DNA of 64,000 nt from Auanema rhodensis (Eukaryota; Animalia; Nematoda), in NCBI GenBank assembly GCA_964057225.1, contig OZ059900.1, positions 6,324,001-6,388,000 of the forward strand. Reading direction: 5' to 3'. Positions 28,801-43,600 of the stretch are shown piece by piece (positions within the stretch are counted from its first letter, which is position 1; every line of letters begins with the position of its first letter). The position numbers and the translations under genes were made by a program. The notes under the pieces were generated by a model. That model had not been told where the DNA came from and made no database searches. It saw only the letters and a list, made by a program, of their open reading frames with translations.

Positions 28801-31800
28801 TGTTAATATCATCTTTGAATAATAAACAGTTCTCTACTTATAAGTTTTTGAAAATTTACCTTTTTTTGTAAATTTTTGTATTTTTTCAATCAATTTAAAA
28901 ACTACATTAACGTCTTTATTGTTCGATCATCTTTAAGTATTGTAGAGTTTAATATCATATTTTAGAACTTTGTTAATATCATCTTTGAATAATAAACAGT
29001 TCTCTACTTATAAGTTTTTGAAAATTTACCTTTTTTTGTAAATTTTTGTATTTTTTCAATCAATTTAAAAACTACATTAACGTCTTTATTGTTCGATCAT
29101 CTTTAAGTATTGTAGAGTTTAATATCATATCTTAGAACTTTGTTAATATCATCTTTGAATAATAAACAGTTCTCTACTTATAAGTTTTTGAAAATTTACC
29201 TTTTTTTGTAAATTTTTGTATTTTTTCAATCAATTTAAAAACTACATTAACGTCTTTATTGTTCGATCATCTTTAAGTATTGTAGAGTTTAATATCATAT
29301 TTTAGAACTTTGTTAATATCATCTTTGAATAATAAACAGTTCTCTACTTATAAGTTTTTGAAAATTTACCTTTTTTTGTAAATTTTTGTATTTTTTCAAT
29401 CAATTCAAAAACTACATTAACGTCTTTATTGTTTGATCATCTTTGAGTATTGTAGAGTTCAATATCATATCTTAGAATTTTGAGAATTTCATCTCAAAAT
29501 AATGAACAGTTCTTTACTTATAAGTTTTTGAAAATTTACCTTTTTTTGTAAATTTTTGTATTTTTTCAATCAATTTAAAAACTACATTAACGTCTTTATT
29601 GTTCGATCATCTTTGAGTATTGTAGAGTTCAATATCATATCTTAGAATTTTGAGAATTTCATTTCAAAATAATGAACAGTTCTTTACTTATAAGTTTTTG
29701 AAAATTTACCTTTTTTTGTAAATTTTTGTATTTTTTCAATCAATTCAAAAACTACATTAACGTCTTTATTGTTTGATCATCTTTGAGTATTGTAGAGTTC
29801 AATATCATATCTTAGAATTTCGAGAATTTCATTTCAAAATAATGAACAGTTCTCTACTTATAAGTTTTTGAAAATTTACCTTTTTTTGTAAAATTTGTAT
29901 TTTTTCAATCAATTTAAAAACTACATTACCGTCTTTATTGTTTGATCATCTTTGAGTATTGTAGAGTTCAATATCATATCTTAGAATTTTGAGAATTTCA
30001 TCTCAAAATAATGAACAGTTCTTTACTTATAAGTTTTTGAAAATTTACCTTTTTTTGTAAATTTTTGTATTTTTTCAATCAATTTAAAAACTACATTAAC
30101 GTCTTTATTGTTTGATCATCTTTGAGTATTGTAGAGTTCAATATCATATCTTAGAATTTTGAGAATTTCATCTCAAAATAATGAACAGTTCTTTACTTAT
30201 AAGTTTTTGAAAATTTACCTTTTTTTGTAAAATTTTGTATTTTTTCAATCAATTCAAAAACTACATTAACGTCTTTATTGTTTGATCATCTTTGAGTATT
30301 GTAGAGTTCAATATCATATCTTAGAATTTTGAGAATTTCATCTCAAAATAATTAACAGTTCTTTACTTATAAGTTTTTGAAAATTTACCTTTTTTTGTAA
30401 CTTTTTGTATTTTTTCAATCAATTTGAAATCTACATTACCGTCTTTATTGTTTGATCATCTTTGAGTATTGTAGAGTTTAATATCACATCTTAGAATTTT
30501 GAGAATTTCATCTCAAAATAATGAACAGTTCTTTACTTATAAGTTTTTGAAAATTTACCTTTTTTTGTAACTTTTTGTATTTTTTCAATCAATTTGAAAT
30601 CTACATTACCGTCTTTATTGTTTGATCATCTTTGAGTATTGTAGAGTTTAATATCACATCTTAGAATTTTGAGAATTTCATCTCAAAATAATGAACAGTT
30701 CTTTACTTATAAGTTTTTGAAAATTTACCTTTTTTTGTAACTTTTTGTATTTATTCAATCAATTTGAAATCTACATTACCGTCTTTATTGTTTGATCATC
30801 TTTGAGTATTGTAGAGTTTAATATCACATCTTAGAATTTTGTGAATTTCTTCTCGAAATAATGAACAGTTCTTTACTTATAAGTTTTTGAAAATTTACCT
30901 TTTTTTGTAACTTTTTGTATTTTTTCAATCAATTTAAAATCTACATTACCGTCTTTATTGTTTTATCATCTTCGAGTATTGTAGATTTTAATATCATATC
31001 TTAGAATTTTGAGAATTTCATCTCAAAATAATGAACAGTTCTCTACTTTTTTGTATTTTTTCAATCAATTTGAAATCTACATTACCGTCTTTATTGTTTG
31101 ATCATCTTTGAGTATTGTAGAGTTTAATATCACATCTTAGAATTTTGTGAATTTCTTCTCGAAATAATGAACAGTTCTTTACTTATAAGTTTTTGAAAAT
31201 TTACCTTTTTTTGTAACTTTTTGTATTTTTTCAATCAATTTAAAATCTACATTACCGTCTTTATTGTTTTATCATCTTCGAGTATTGTAGATTTTAATAT
31301 CATATCTTAGAATTTTGTGAATTTCATCTCCGAATTATGAACAGTTCTCTACTTTTTTGTATTTTTTCAATCAATTTGAAATCTACATTACCGTCTTTAT
31401 TGTTTGATCATCTTTGAGTATTGTAGAGTTCAATATCACATCTTAGAATTTTGTGAATTTCTTCTCGAAATAATGAACAGTTCTTTACTTATAAGTTTTT
31501 GAAAATTTACCTTTTTTTGTAACTTTTTGTATTTTTTCAATCAATTTGAAATCTACATTACCGTCTTTATTGTTTTATCATCTTCGAGTATTGTAGATTT
31601 TAATATCATATCTTAGAATTTTGAGAATTTCATCTCAAAATAATGAACAGTTCTTTACTTATAAGTTTTTGAAAATTTACCTTTTTTTGTAAATTTTTGT
31701 ATTTTTTCAATCAATTTGAAATCTACATTACCGTCTTTATTGTTTGATCATCTTTGAGTATTGTAGAGTTTAATATCACATCTTAGAATTTTGAGAATTT

Positions 31801-34800
31801 CATCTCAAAATAATGAACAGTTCTTTACTTATAAGTTTTTGAAAATTTACCTTTTTTTGTAACTTTTTGTATTTTTTCAATCAATTTGAAATCTACATTA
31901 CCGTCTTTATTGTTTGATCATCTTTGAGTATTGTAGAGTTTAATATCACATCTTAGAATTTTGAGAATTTCATCTCAAAATAATGAACAGTTCTTTACTT
32001 ATAAGTTTTTGAAAATTTACCTTTTTTTGTAACTTTTTGTATTTTTTCAATCAATTTAAAATCTACATTACCGTCTTTATTGTTTTATCATCTTCGAGTA
32101 TTGTAGATTTTAATATCATATCTTAGAATTTTGAGAATTTCATCTCAAAATAATGAACAGTTCTTTACTTATAAGTTTTTGAAAATTTACCTTTTTTTGT
32201 AACTTTTTGTATTTATTCAATCAATTTAAAATCTACATTACCGTCTTTATTGTTTTATCATCTTCGAGTATTGTAGATTTTAATATCATATCTTAGAATT
32301 TTGAGAATTTCATCTCAAAATAATGAACAGTTCTTTACTTATAAGTTTTTGAAAATTTACCTTTTTTTGTAACTTTTTGTATTTTTTCAATCAATTTGAA
32401 ATCTACATTACCGTCTTTATTGTTTTATCATCTTCGAGTATTGTAGATTTTAATATCATATCTTAGAATTTTGAGAATTTCATCTCAAAATAATGAACAG
32501 TTCTTTACTTATAAGTTTTTGAAAATTTACCTTTTTTTGTAAATTTTTGTATTTTTTCAATCAATTTGAAATCTACATTACCGTCTTTATTGTTTGATCA
32601 TCTTTGAGTATTGTAGAGTTTAATATCACATCTTAGAATTTTGAGAATTTCATCTCAAAATAATGAACAGTTCTTTACTTATAAGTTTTTGAAAATTTAC
32701 CTTTTTTTGTAACTTTTTGTATTTTTTCAATCAATTTGAAATCTACATTACCGTCTTTATTGTTTGATCATCTTTGAGTATTGTAGAGTTTAATATCACA
32801 TCTTAGAATTTTGAGAATTTCATCTCAAAATAATGAACAGTTCTTTACTTATAAGTTTTTGAAAATTTACCTTTTTTTGTAACTTTTTGTATTTTTTCAA
32901 TCAATTTAAAATCTACATTACCGTCTTTATTGTTTTATCATCTTCGAGTATTGTAGATTTTAATATCATATCTTAGAATTTTGAGAATTTCATCTCAAAA
33001 TAATGAACAGTTCTTTACTTATAAGTTTTTGAAAATTTACCTTTTTTTGTAACTTTTTGTATTTATTCAATCAATTTAAAATCTACATTACCGTCTTTAT
33101 TGTTTTATCATCTTCGAGTATTGTAGATTTTAATATCATATCTTAGAATTTTGAGAATTTCATCTCAAAATAATGAACAGTTCTTTACTTATAAGTTTTT
33201 GAAAATTTACCTTTTTTTGTAAATTTTTGTATTTTTTCAATCAATTTAAAATCTACATTACCGTCTTTATTGTTTTATCATCTTCGAGTATTGTAGATTT
33301 TAATATCATATCTTAGAATTTTGAGAATTTCATCTCAAAATAATGAACAGTTCTTTACTTATAAGTTTTTGAAAATTTACCTTTTTTTGTAAATTTTTGT
33401 ATTTTTTCAATCAATTTAAAATCTACATTACCGTCTTTATTGTTTTATCATCTTCGAGTATTGTAGATTTTAATATCATATCTTAGAATTTTGAGAATTT
33501 CATCTCAAAATAATGAACAGTTCTTTACTTATAAGTTTTTGAAAATTTACCTTTTTTTGTAAATTTTTGTATTTTTTCAATCATTTCAAAATCTACATTA
33601 ACGTCTTTATTGTTCGATCATCTTTGAGTATTGTAGAGTTCAATATCATATCTTAGAACTTTGTTAATATCATCTTTGAATAATAAACAGTTCTCTACTT
33701 ATAAGTTTTTGAAAATTTACCTTTTTTTGTAAATTTTTGTATTTTTTCAATCAATTCAAAAACTACATTAACGTCTTTATTGTTCGATCATCTTTGAGTA
33801 TTGTAGAGTTTAATATCACATCTTGCAATTTTGAGAATTTCATCTCAAAATAATGAACAGTTCTTTACTTATAAGTTTTTGAAAATTTACCTTTTTTTGT
33901 AAATTTTTGTATTTTTTCAATCAATTTAAAAACTACATTAACGTCTTTATTGTTCGATCATCTTTAAGTATTGTAGAGTTTAATATCATATTTTAGAACT
34001 TTGTTAATATCATCTTTGAATAATAAACAGTTCTCTACTTATAAGTTTTTGAAAATTTACCTTTTTTTGTAAATTTTTGTATTTTTTCAATCAATTTGAA
34101 ATCTACATTACCGTCTTTATTGTTTGATCATCTTTGAGTATTGTAGAGTTCAATATCACATCTTAGAATTTTGTGAATTTCATTTCAAAATAATGAACAG
34201 TTCTCTACTTATAAGTTTTTGAAAATTTACCTTTTTTTGTAAATTTTTGTATTTTTTCAATCAATTTGAAATCTACATTACCGTCTTTATTGTTTTATCA
34301 TCTTCGAGTATTGTAGATTTTAATATCATATCTTAGAATTTTGAGAATTTCATCTCAAAATAATGAACAGTTCTTTACTTATAAGTTTTTGAAAATTTAC
34401 CTTTTTTTGTAAATTTTTGTATTTTTTCAATCAATTTGAAATCTACATTACCGTCTTTATTGTTTGATCATCTTTGAGTATTGTAGAGTTTAATATCACA
34501 TCTTAGAATTTTGTGAATTTCTTCTCGAAATAATGAACAGTTCTTTACTTATAAGTTTTTGAAAATTTACCTTTTTTTGTAACTTTTTGTATTTATTCAA
34601 TCAATTTAAAATCTACATTACCGTCTTTATTGTTTTATCATCTTCGAGTATTGTAGATTTTAATATCATATCTTAGAATTTTGAGAATTTCATCTCAAAA
34701 TAATGAACAGTTCTTTACTTATAAGTTTTTGAAAATTTACCTTTTTTTGTAAATTTTTGTATTTTTTCAATCATTTCAAAATCTACATTAACGTCTTTAT

Positions 34801-37595
34801 TGTTCGATCATCTTTGAGTATTGTAGAGTTCAATATCATATCTTAGAACTTTGTTAATATCATCTTTGAATAATAAACAGTTCTCTACTTATAAGTTTTT
34901 GAAAATTTACCTTTTTTTGTAAATTTTTGTATTTTTTCAATCAATTCAAAAACTACATTAACGTCTTTATTGTTCGATCATCTTTGAGTATTGTAGAGTT
35001 TAATATCACATCTTGCAATTTTGAGAATTTCATCTCAAAATAATGAACAGTTCTTTACTTATAAGTTTTTGAAAATTTACCTTTTTTTGTAAATTTTTGT
35101 ATTTTTTCAATCAATTTAAAAACTACATTAACGTCTTTATTGTTCGATCATCTTTGAGTATTGTAGAGTTCAATATCATATCTTAGAATTTTGAGAATTT
35201 CATTTCAAAATAATGAACAGTTCTTTACTTATAAGTTTTTGAAAATTTACCTTTTTTTGTAAATTTTTGTATTTTTTCAATCAATTCAAAAACTACATTA
35301 ACGTCTTTATTGTTTGATCATCTTTGAGTATTGTAGAGTTCAATATCATATCTTAGAATTTCGAGAATTTCATTTCAAAATAATGAACAGTTCTCTACTT
35401 ATAAGTTTTTGAAAATTTACCTTTTTTTGTAAAATTTGTATTTTTTCAATCAATTTAAAAACTACATTACCGTCTTTATTGTTTGATCATCTTTGAGTAT
35501 TGTAGAGTTCAATATCATATCTTAGAATTTTGAGAATTTCATCTCAAAATAATGAACAGTTCTTTACTTATAAGTTTTTGAAAATTTACCTTTTTTTGTA
35601 AATTTTTGTATTTTTTCAATCAATTTAAAAACTACATTAACGTCTTTATTGTTTGATCATCTTTGAGTATTGTAGAGTTCAATATCATATCTTAGAATTT
35701 TGAGAATTTCATTTCAAAATAATGAACAGTTCTCTACTTATAAGTTTTTGAAAATTTACCTTTTTTTGTAAAATTTGTATTTTTTCAATCAATTTAAAAA
35801 CTACATTACCGTCTTTATTGTTTGATCATCTTTGAGTATTGTAGAGTTCAATATCATATCTTAGAATTTTGAGAATTTCATCTCAAAATAATGAACAGTT
35901 CTTTACTTATAAGTTTTTGAAAATTTACCTTTTTTTGTAAAATTTTGTATTTTTTCAATCAATTCAAAAACTACATTAACGTCTTTATTGTTTGATCATC
36001 TTTGAGTATTGTAGAGTTCAATATCATATCTTAGAATTTTGAGAATTTCATCTCAAAATAATGAACAGTTCTCTACTTATAAGTTTTTGAAAATTTACCT
36101 TTTTTTGTAAATTTTTGTATTTTTTCAATCAATTCAAAAACTACATTAACGTCTTTATTGTTTGATCATCTTTGAGTATTGTAGAGTTCAATATCATATC
36201 TTAGAATTTTGTGAATTTCTTCTCGAAATAATGAACAGTTCTTTACTTATAAGTTTTTGAAAATTTACCTTTTTTTGTAAATTTTTGTATTTTTTCAATC
36301 AATTCAAAAACTACATTAACGTCTTTATTGTTTGATCATCTTTGAGTATTGTAGAGTTCAATATCATATCTTAGAATTTTGAGAATTTCATCTCAAAATA
36401 ATGAACAGTTCTTTACTTATAAGTTTTTGAAAATTTACCTTTTTTTGTAAAATTTTGTATTTTTTCAATCAATTCAAAAACTACATTAACGTCTTTATTG
36501 TTTGATCATCTTTGAGTATTGTAGAGTTCAATATCATATCTTAGAATTTTGAGAATTTCATCTCAAAATAATGAACAGTTCTCTACTTATAAGTTTTTGA
36601 AAATTTACCTTTTTTTGTAAATTTTTGTATTTTTTCAATCAATTCAAAAACTACATTAACGTCTTTATTGTTTGATCATCTTTGAGTATTGTAGAGTTCA
36701 ATATCATATCTTAGAATTTTGTGAATTTCTTCTCGAAATAATGAACAGTTCTTTACTTATAAGTTTTTGAAAATTTACCTTTTTTTGTAAATTTTTGTAT
36801 TTTTTCAATCAATTCAAAAACTACATTAACGTCTTTATTGTTTGATCATCTTTGAGTATTGTAGAGTTTAATATCATATCTTAGAAATTTGTTAATATCA
36901 TCTTTGAATAATGAACAGTTCTCTACTTATAAGTTTTTGAAAATTTACCTTTTTTTGTAACTTTTTCTATTTTTTCAATCAATTTAAAAACTACATTAAC
37001 GTCTTTATTGTTCTATCATCTTTCAGTATTGTAGAGTTTAATATCATATTTTAGAACTTTGTTAATATCATCTTTGAATAATAAACAGTTCTCTACTTAT
37101 AAGTTTTTGAAAATTTACCTTTTTTTGTAAATTTTTGTATTTTTTCAATCAATTTAAAAACTACATTACCGCCTTTATTTTTCGATCATCTTTGAGTATT
37201 GTGAAGTTTAATATCATATTTTAGAATTTTGTGAATTTCATCTATGAATAATGAACAGTTCTCTACTTATAAGTTTTTGAAAATTTACCTTTTTTTGTAA
37301 CTTTTTCTATTTTTTCAATCAATTTAAAAACTACATTAACGTCTTTATTGTTCTATCATCTTTCAGTATTGTAGAGTTTAATATCATATTTTAGAACTTT
37401 GTTAATATCATCTTTGAATAATAAACAGTTCTCTACTTATAAGTTTTTGAAAATTTACCTTTTTTTGTAAATTTTTGTATTTTTTCAATCAATTTAAAAA
37501 CTACATTAACGTCTTTATTGTTTTATCATCTTTCAGTATTGTAGAGTTTAATTTCATATTTTAGAATTTTGTAAATTTCATCTTTAAATAATGAA
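25885..37595 (-). repeat. 170-bp satellite, array 2, inverted orientation (~69 monomers)
   Basis: Reverse complement of the array 1 unit (aaatctacattaccgtctttattgtttgatcatc...). It includes two 136-bp deletion monomers near 31045 and 31351. The edge monomers are the most diverged. Confidence 0.99.
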
Positions 37596-37600
37596 AAAAA

Positions 37601-40600
37601 AAGACTCAAAGATGATCAAACAATGAAGACGGTAATGTAGTTTTAAATTGATTGAAAAAATACAAATTTTACAAAAAAAGGTAAATTTTCAAAAACTTAT
37701 AACTAAAGAACTGTTCATTATTTTGAGATGAAATTCTCAAAAATCTAAGAAATGATATTAAACTCTACAATACTCAAAAATGATCAAACAATAAAGACGG
37801 TAATGTAGATTTTGAATTGATTGAAAAAATACAAAAAGTTACAGAAAAAGGTAAATTTTCAAATCTTATAAGTAAAGAACTGTTCATTATTTTAAGATGA
37901 AATTCTCAAAATTCTAAGATATGATATTAAACTCTACAAGAGTCAAAGATGATCAAACAATAAAGACGGTAATGTAGATTTTGAATTGATTGAAAAAATA
38001 CAAATTTTACAAAAAAAGGTAAATTTTCAAATCTTATAAGTAAAGAACTGTTCATTATTTTGAGATGAAATTCTCAAAAATCTAAGAAATGATATTAAAC
38101 TCTACAATACTCAAAAATGATCAAACAATAAAGACGGTAATGTAGATTTTGAATTGATTGAAAAAATACAAATTTTACAAAAAAAGGTAAATTTTCAAAT
38201 CTTATAAGTAAAGAACTGTTCATTATTTTAAGATGAAATTCTCAAAATTCTAAGATATGATATTAAACTCTACAAGAGTCAAAGATAATCAAACAATAAA
38301 GACGGTAATGTAGATTTTGAATTGATTGAAAAAATACAAATTTTACAAAAAAAGGTAAATTTTCAAATCTTATAAGTAAAGAACTGTTCATTATTTTGAG
38401 ATGAAATTCTCAAAAATCTAAGAAATGATATTAAACTCTACAATACTCAAAGATGATCAAACAATAAAGACGGTAATGTAGATTTTGAATTGATTGAAAA
38501 AATACAAATTTTACAAAAAAAGGTAAATTTTCAAAAACTTATAAGTAAAGAACTGTTCATTATTTTGAGATGAAATTCTCAAAAATCTAAGAAATGATAT
38601 TAAACTCTACAATACTCAAAGATGATCAAACAATAAAGACGGTAATGTAGATTTTGAATTGATTGAAAAAATACAAATTTTACAAAAAAAGGTAAATTTT
38701 CAAAAACTTATAAGTAAAGAACTGTTCATTATTTTGAGATGAAATTCTCAAAGTTCTAAGATATGATATTAAACTCTACAATACTCAAAGATGATCAAAC
38801 AATAAAGACGGTAATGTAGATTTCAAATTGATTGAAAAAATACAAAAAGTTACAAAAAAAGGTAAATTTTCAAATCTTATAAGTAAAGAACTGTTCATTA
38901 TTTTGAGATGAAATTCTCAAAAATCTAAGAAATGATATTAAACTCTACAATACTCAAAGATGATCAAACAATAAAGACGGTAATGTAGATTTTGAATTGA
39001 TTGAAAAAATACAAATTTTACAAAAAAAGGTAAATTTTCAAAAACTTATAAGTAAAGAACTGTTCATTATTTTGAGATGAAATTCTCAAAAATCTAAGAA
39101 ATGATATTAAACTCTACAATACTCAAAGATGATCAAACAATAAAGACGGTAATGTAGATTTTGAATTGATTGAAAAAATACAAATTTTACAAAAAAAGGT
39201 AAATTTTCAAAAACTTATAAGTAAAGAACTGTTCATTATTTTGAGATGAAATTCTCAAAGTTCTAAGATATGATATTAAACTTCACAATAATCAAGAATG
39301 ATCAAACAATAAAGACGGTAATGTAGATTTTGAATTGATTGAAAAAATACAAATTTTACAAAAAAAGGTAAATTTTCAAAAACTTATAAGTAAAGAACTG
39401 TTCATTATTTTGAGATGAAATTCTCAAAAATCTAAGAAATGATATTAAACTCTACAATACTCAAAGATGATCAAACAATAAAGACGGTAATGTAGATTTT
39501 GAATTGATTGAAAAAATACAAATTTTACAAAAAAAGGTAAATTTTCAAAAACTTATAAGTAAAGAACTGTTCATTATTTTGAGATGAAATTCTCAAAGTT
39601 CTAAGATATGATATTAAACTTCACAATAATCAAGAATGATCAAACAATAAAGACGGTAATGTAGATTTTGAATTGATTGAAAAAATACAAATTTTACAAA
39701 AAAAGGTAAATTTTCAAAAACTTATAAGTAAAGAACTGTTCATTATTTTGAGATGAAATTCTCAAAAATCTAAGAAATGATATTAAACTCTACAATACTC
39801 AAAGATGATCAAACAATAAAGACGGTAATGTAGATTTTGAATTGATTGAAAAAATACAAATTTTACAAAAAAAGGTAAATTTTCAAAAACTTATAAGTAA
39901 AGAACTGTTCATTATTTTGAGATGAAATTCTCAAAAATCTAAGAAATGATATTAAACTCTACAATACTCAAAGATGATCAAACAATAAAGACGGTAATGT
40001 AGATTTTGAATTGATTGAAAAAATACAAATTTTACAAAAAAAGGTAAATTTTCAAAAACTTATAAGTAAAGAACTGTTCATTATTTTGAGATGAAATTCT
40101 CAAAGTTCTAAGATATGATATTAAACTTCACAATAATCAAGAATGATCAAACAATAAAGACGGTAATGTAGATTTTGAATTGATTGAAAAAATACAAATT
40201 TTACAAAAAAAGGTAAATTTTCAAAAACTTATAAGTAAAGAACTGTTCATTATTTTCAGATGAAATTCTCAAAAATCTAAGAAATGATATTAAACTCTAC
40301 AATACTCAAAGATGATCAAACAATAAAGACGGTAATGTAGATTTTGAATTGATTGAAAAAATACAAATTTTACAAAAAAAGGTAAATTTTCAAAAACTTA
40401 TAAGTAAAGAACTGTTCATTATTTTGAGATGAAATTCTCAAAGTTCTAAGATATGATATTAAACTTCACAATAATCAAGAATGATCAAACAATAAAGACG
40501 GTAATGTAGATTTTGAATTGATTGAAAAAATACAAATTTTACAAAAAAAGGTAAATTTTCAAAAACTTATAAGTAAAGAACTGTTCATTATTTTGAGATG

Positions 40601-43600
40601 AAATTCTCAAAAATCTAAGAAATGATATTAAACTCTACAATACTCAAAGATGATCAAACAATAAAGACGGTAATGTAGATTTTGAATTGATTGAAAAAAT
40701 ACAAATTTCACAAAAAAAGGTAAATTTTCAAATCTTATAAGTAAAGAACTGTTAATTATTTTGAGATGAAATTCTCAAAAATCTAAGAAATGATATTAAA
40801 CTCTACAATACTCAAAAATGATCAAACAATAAAGACGTTAATGTAGTTTTTGAATTGATTGAAAAAATACAAAATTTTACAAAAAAAGGTAAAATTTCAA
40901 AAACTTATAAGTAAAGAACTGTTCATTATTTTGAGATGAAATTCTCAAAATTCCAAGATATGATATTAAACTTCACAAAAATCAAGAATGATCAAACAAT
41001 AAAGACGGTAATATAGATTTTGAATTGATTGAAAAAATACAAATTTTACAAAAAAAGGTAAATTTTCAAATCTTATAAGTAAAGAACTGTTCATTATTTT
41101 GAGATGAAATTCTCAAAAATCTAAGAAATGATATTAAACTCTACAATACTCAAAAATGATCAAACAATAAAGACGGTAATGTAGATTTTGAATTGATTGA
41201 AAAAATACAAATTTTACAAAAAAAGGTAAATTTTCAAAAACTTATAAGTAAAGAACTGTTCATTATTTTGAGATGAAATTCTCAAAAATCTAAGAAATGA
41301 TATTAAACTCTACAATACTCAAAGATGATCAAACAATAAAGACGGTAATGTAGATTTTGAATTGATTGAAAAAATACAAATTTTACAAAAAAAGGTAAAT
41401 TTTCAAAAACTTATAAGTAAAGAACTGTTCATTATTTTGAGATGAAATTCTCAAAGTTCTAAGATATGATATTAAACTTCACAATAATCAAGAATGATCA
41501 AACAATAAAGACGGTAATGTAGATTTTGAATTGATTGAAAAAATACAAATTTTACAAAAAAAGGTAAATTTTCAAAAACTTATAAGTAAAGAACTGTTCA
41601 TTATTTTGAGATGAAATTCTCAAAAATCTAAGAAATGATATTAAACTCTACAATACTCAAAGATGATCAAACAATAAAGACGGTAATGTAGATTTTGAAT
41701 TGATTGAAAAAATACAAATTTTACAAAAAAAGGTAAATTTTCAAATCTTATAAGTAAAGAACTGTTAATTATTTTGAGATGAAATTCTCAAAAATCTAAG
41801 AAATGATATTAAACTCTACAATACTCAAAAATGATCAAACAATAAAGACGTTAATGTAGTTTTTGAATTGATTGAAAAAATACAAAATTTTACAAAAAAA
41901 GGTAAAATTTCAAAAACTTATAAGTAAAGAACTGTTCATTATTTTGAGATGAAATTCTCAAAATTCCAAGATATGATATTAAACTTCACAAAAATCAAGA
42001 ATGATCAAACAATAAAGACGGTAATATAGATTTTGAATTGATTGAAAAAATACAAATTTTACAAAAAAAGGTAAATTTTCAAATCTTATAAGTAAAGAAC
42101 TGTTCATTATTTTGAGATGAAATTCTCAAAAATCTAAGAAATGATATTAAACTCTACAATACTCAAAAATGATCAAACAATAAAGACGGTAATGTAGATT
42201 TTGAATTGATTGAAAAAATACAAATTTTACAAAAAAAGGTAAATTTTCAAATCTTATAAGTAAAGAACTGTTCATTATTTTGAGATGAAATTCTCAAAAT
42301 TCCAAGATATGATATTAAACTCTACAAGAGTCAAAGATGATCAAACAATAAAGACGGTAATGTAGATTTTGAATTGATTGAAAAAATACAAAAAGTTACA
42401 AAAAAAGGTAAATTTTCAAAAACTTATAAGTAAAGAACTGTTCATTATTTTGAGATGAAATTCTCAAAATTCTAAGATATGATATTGAACTCTACACTGC
42501 TTAATGATGATCAAACAATAAAGACGGTAATGTAGATTTCAAATTGATTGAAAAAATACAAAAAGTTACAAAAAAAGGTAAATTTTCAAATCTTATAAGT
42601 AAAGAACTGTTCATTATTCATAGATGATATTAACAAAATTCTAAGATATGATATTAAACTCTACAATACTCAAAGATGATCAAACAATAAAGACGGTAAT
42701 GTAGATTTCAAATTGATTGAAAAAATACAAAAAGTTACAAAAAAAGGTAAATTTTCAAATCTTATAAGTAAAGAACTGTTCATTATTCATAGATGATATT
42801 AACAAAATTCTAAGATATGATATTAAACTCTACAATACTCAAAGATGATCAAACAATAAAGACGGTAATGTAGATTTCAAATTGATTGAAAAAATACAAA
42901 AAGTTACAGAAAAAGGTAAATTTTCAAATCTTATAAGTAAAGAACTGTTCATTATTTTAAGATGAAATTCTCAAAATTCTAAGATATGATATTAAACTCT
43001 ACAAGAGTCAAAGATGATCAAACAATAAAGACGGTAATGTAGATTTTGAATTGATTGAAAAAATACAAATTTTACAAAAAAAGGTAAATTTTCAAATCTT
43101 ATAAGTAAAGAACTGTTCATTATTTTGAGATGAAATTCTCAAAAATCTAAGAAATGATATTAAACTCTACAATACTCAAAAATGATCAAACAATAAAGAC
43201 GGTAATGTAGATTTTGAATTGATTGAAAAAATACAAATTTTACAAAAAAAGGTAAATTTTCAAATCTTATAAGTAAAGAACTGTTCATTATTTTAAGATG
43301 AAATTCTCAAAATTCTAAGATATGATATTAAACTCTACAAGAGTCAAAGATAATCAAACAATAAAGACGGTAATGTAGATTTTGAATTGATTGAAAAAAT
43401 ACAAATTTTACAAAAAAAGGTAAATTTTCAAATCTTATAAGTAAAGAACTGTTCATTATTTTGAGATGAAATTCTCAAAAATCTAAGATATGATATTGAA
43501 CTCTACACTGCTTAATGATGATCAAACAATAAAGACGGTAATGTAGATTTCAAATTGATTGAAAAAATACAAAAAGTTACAAAAAAAGGTAAATTTTCAA

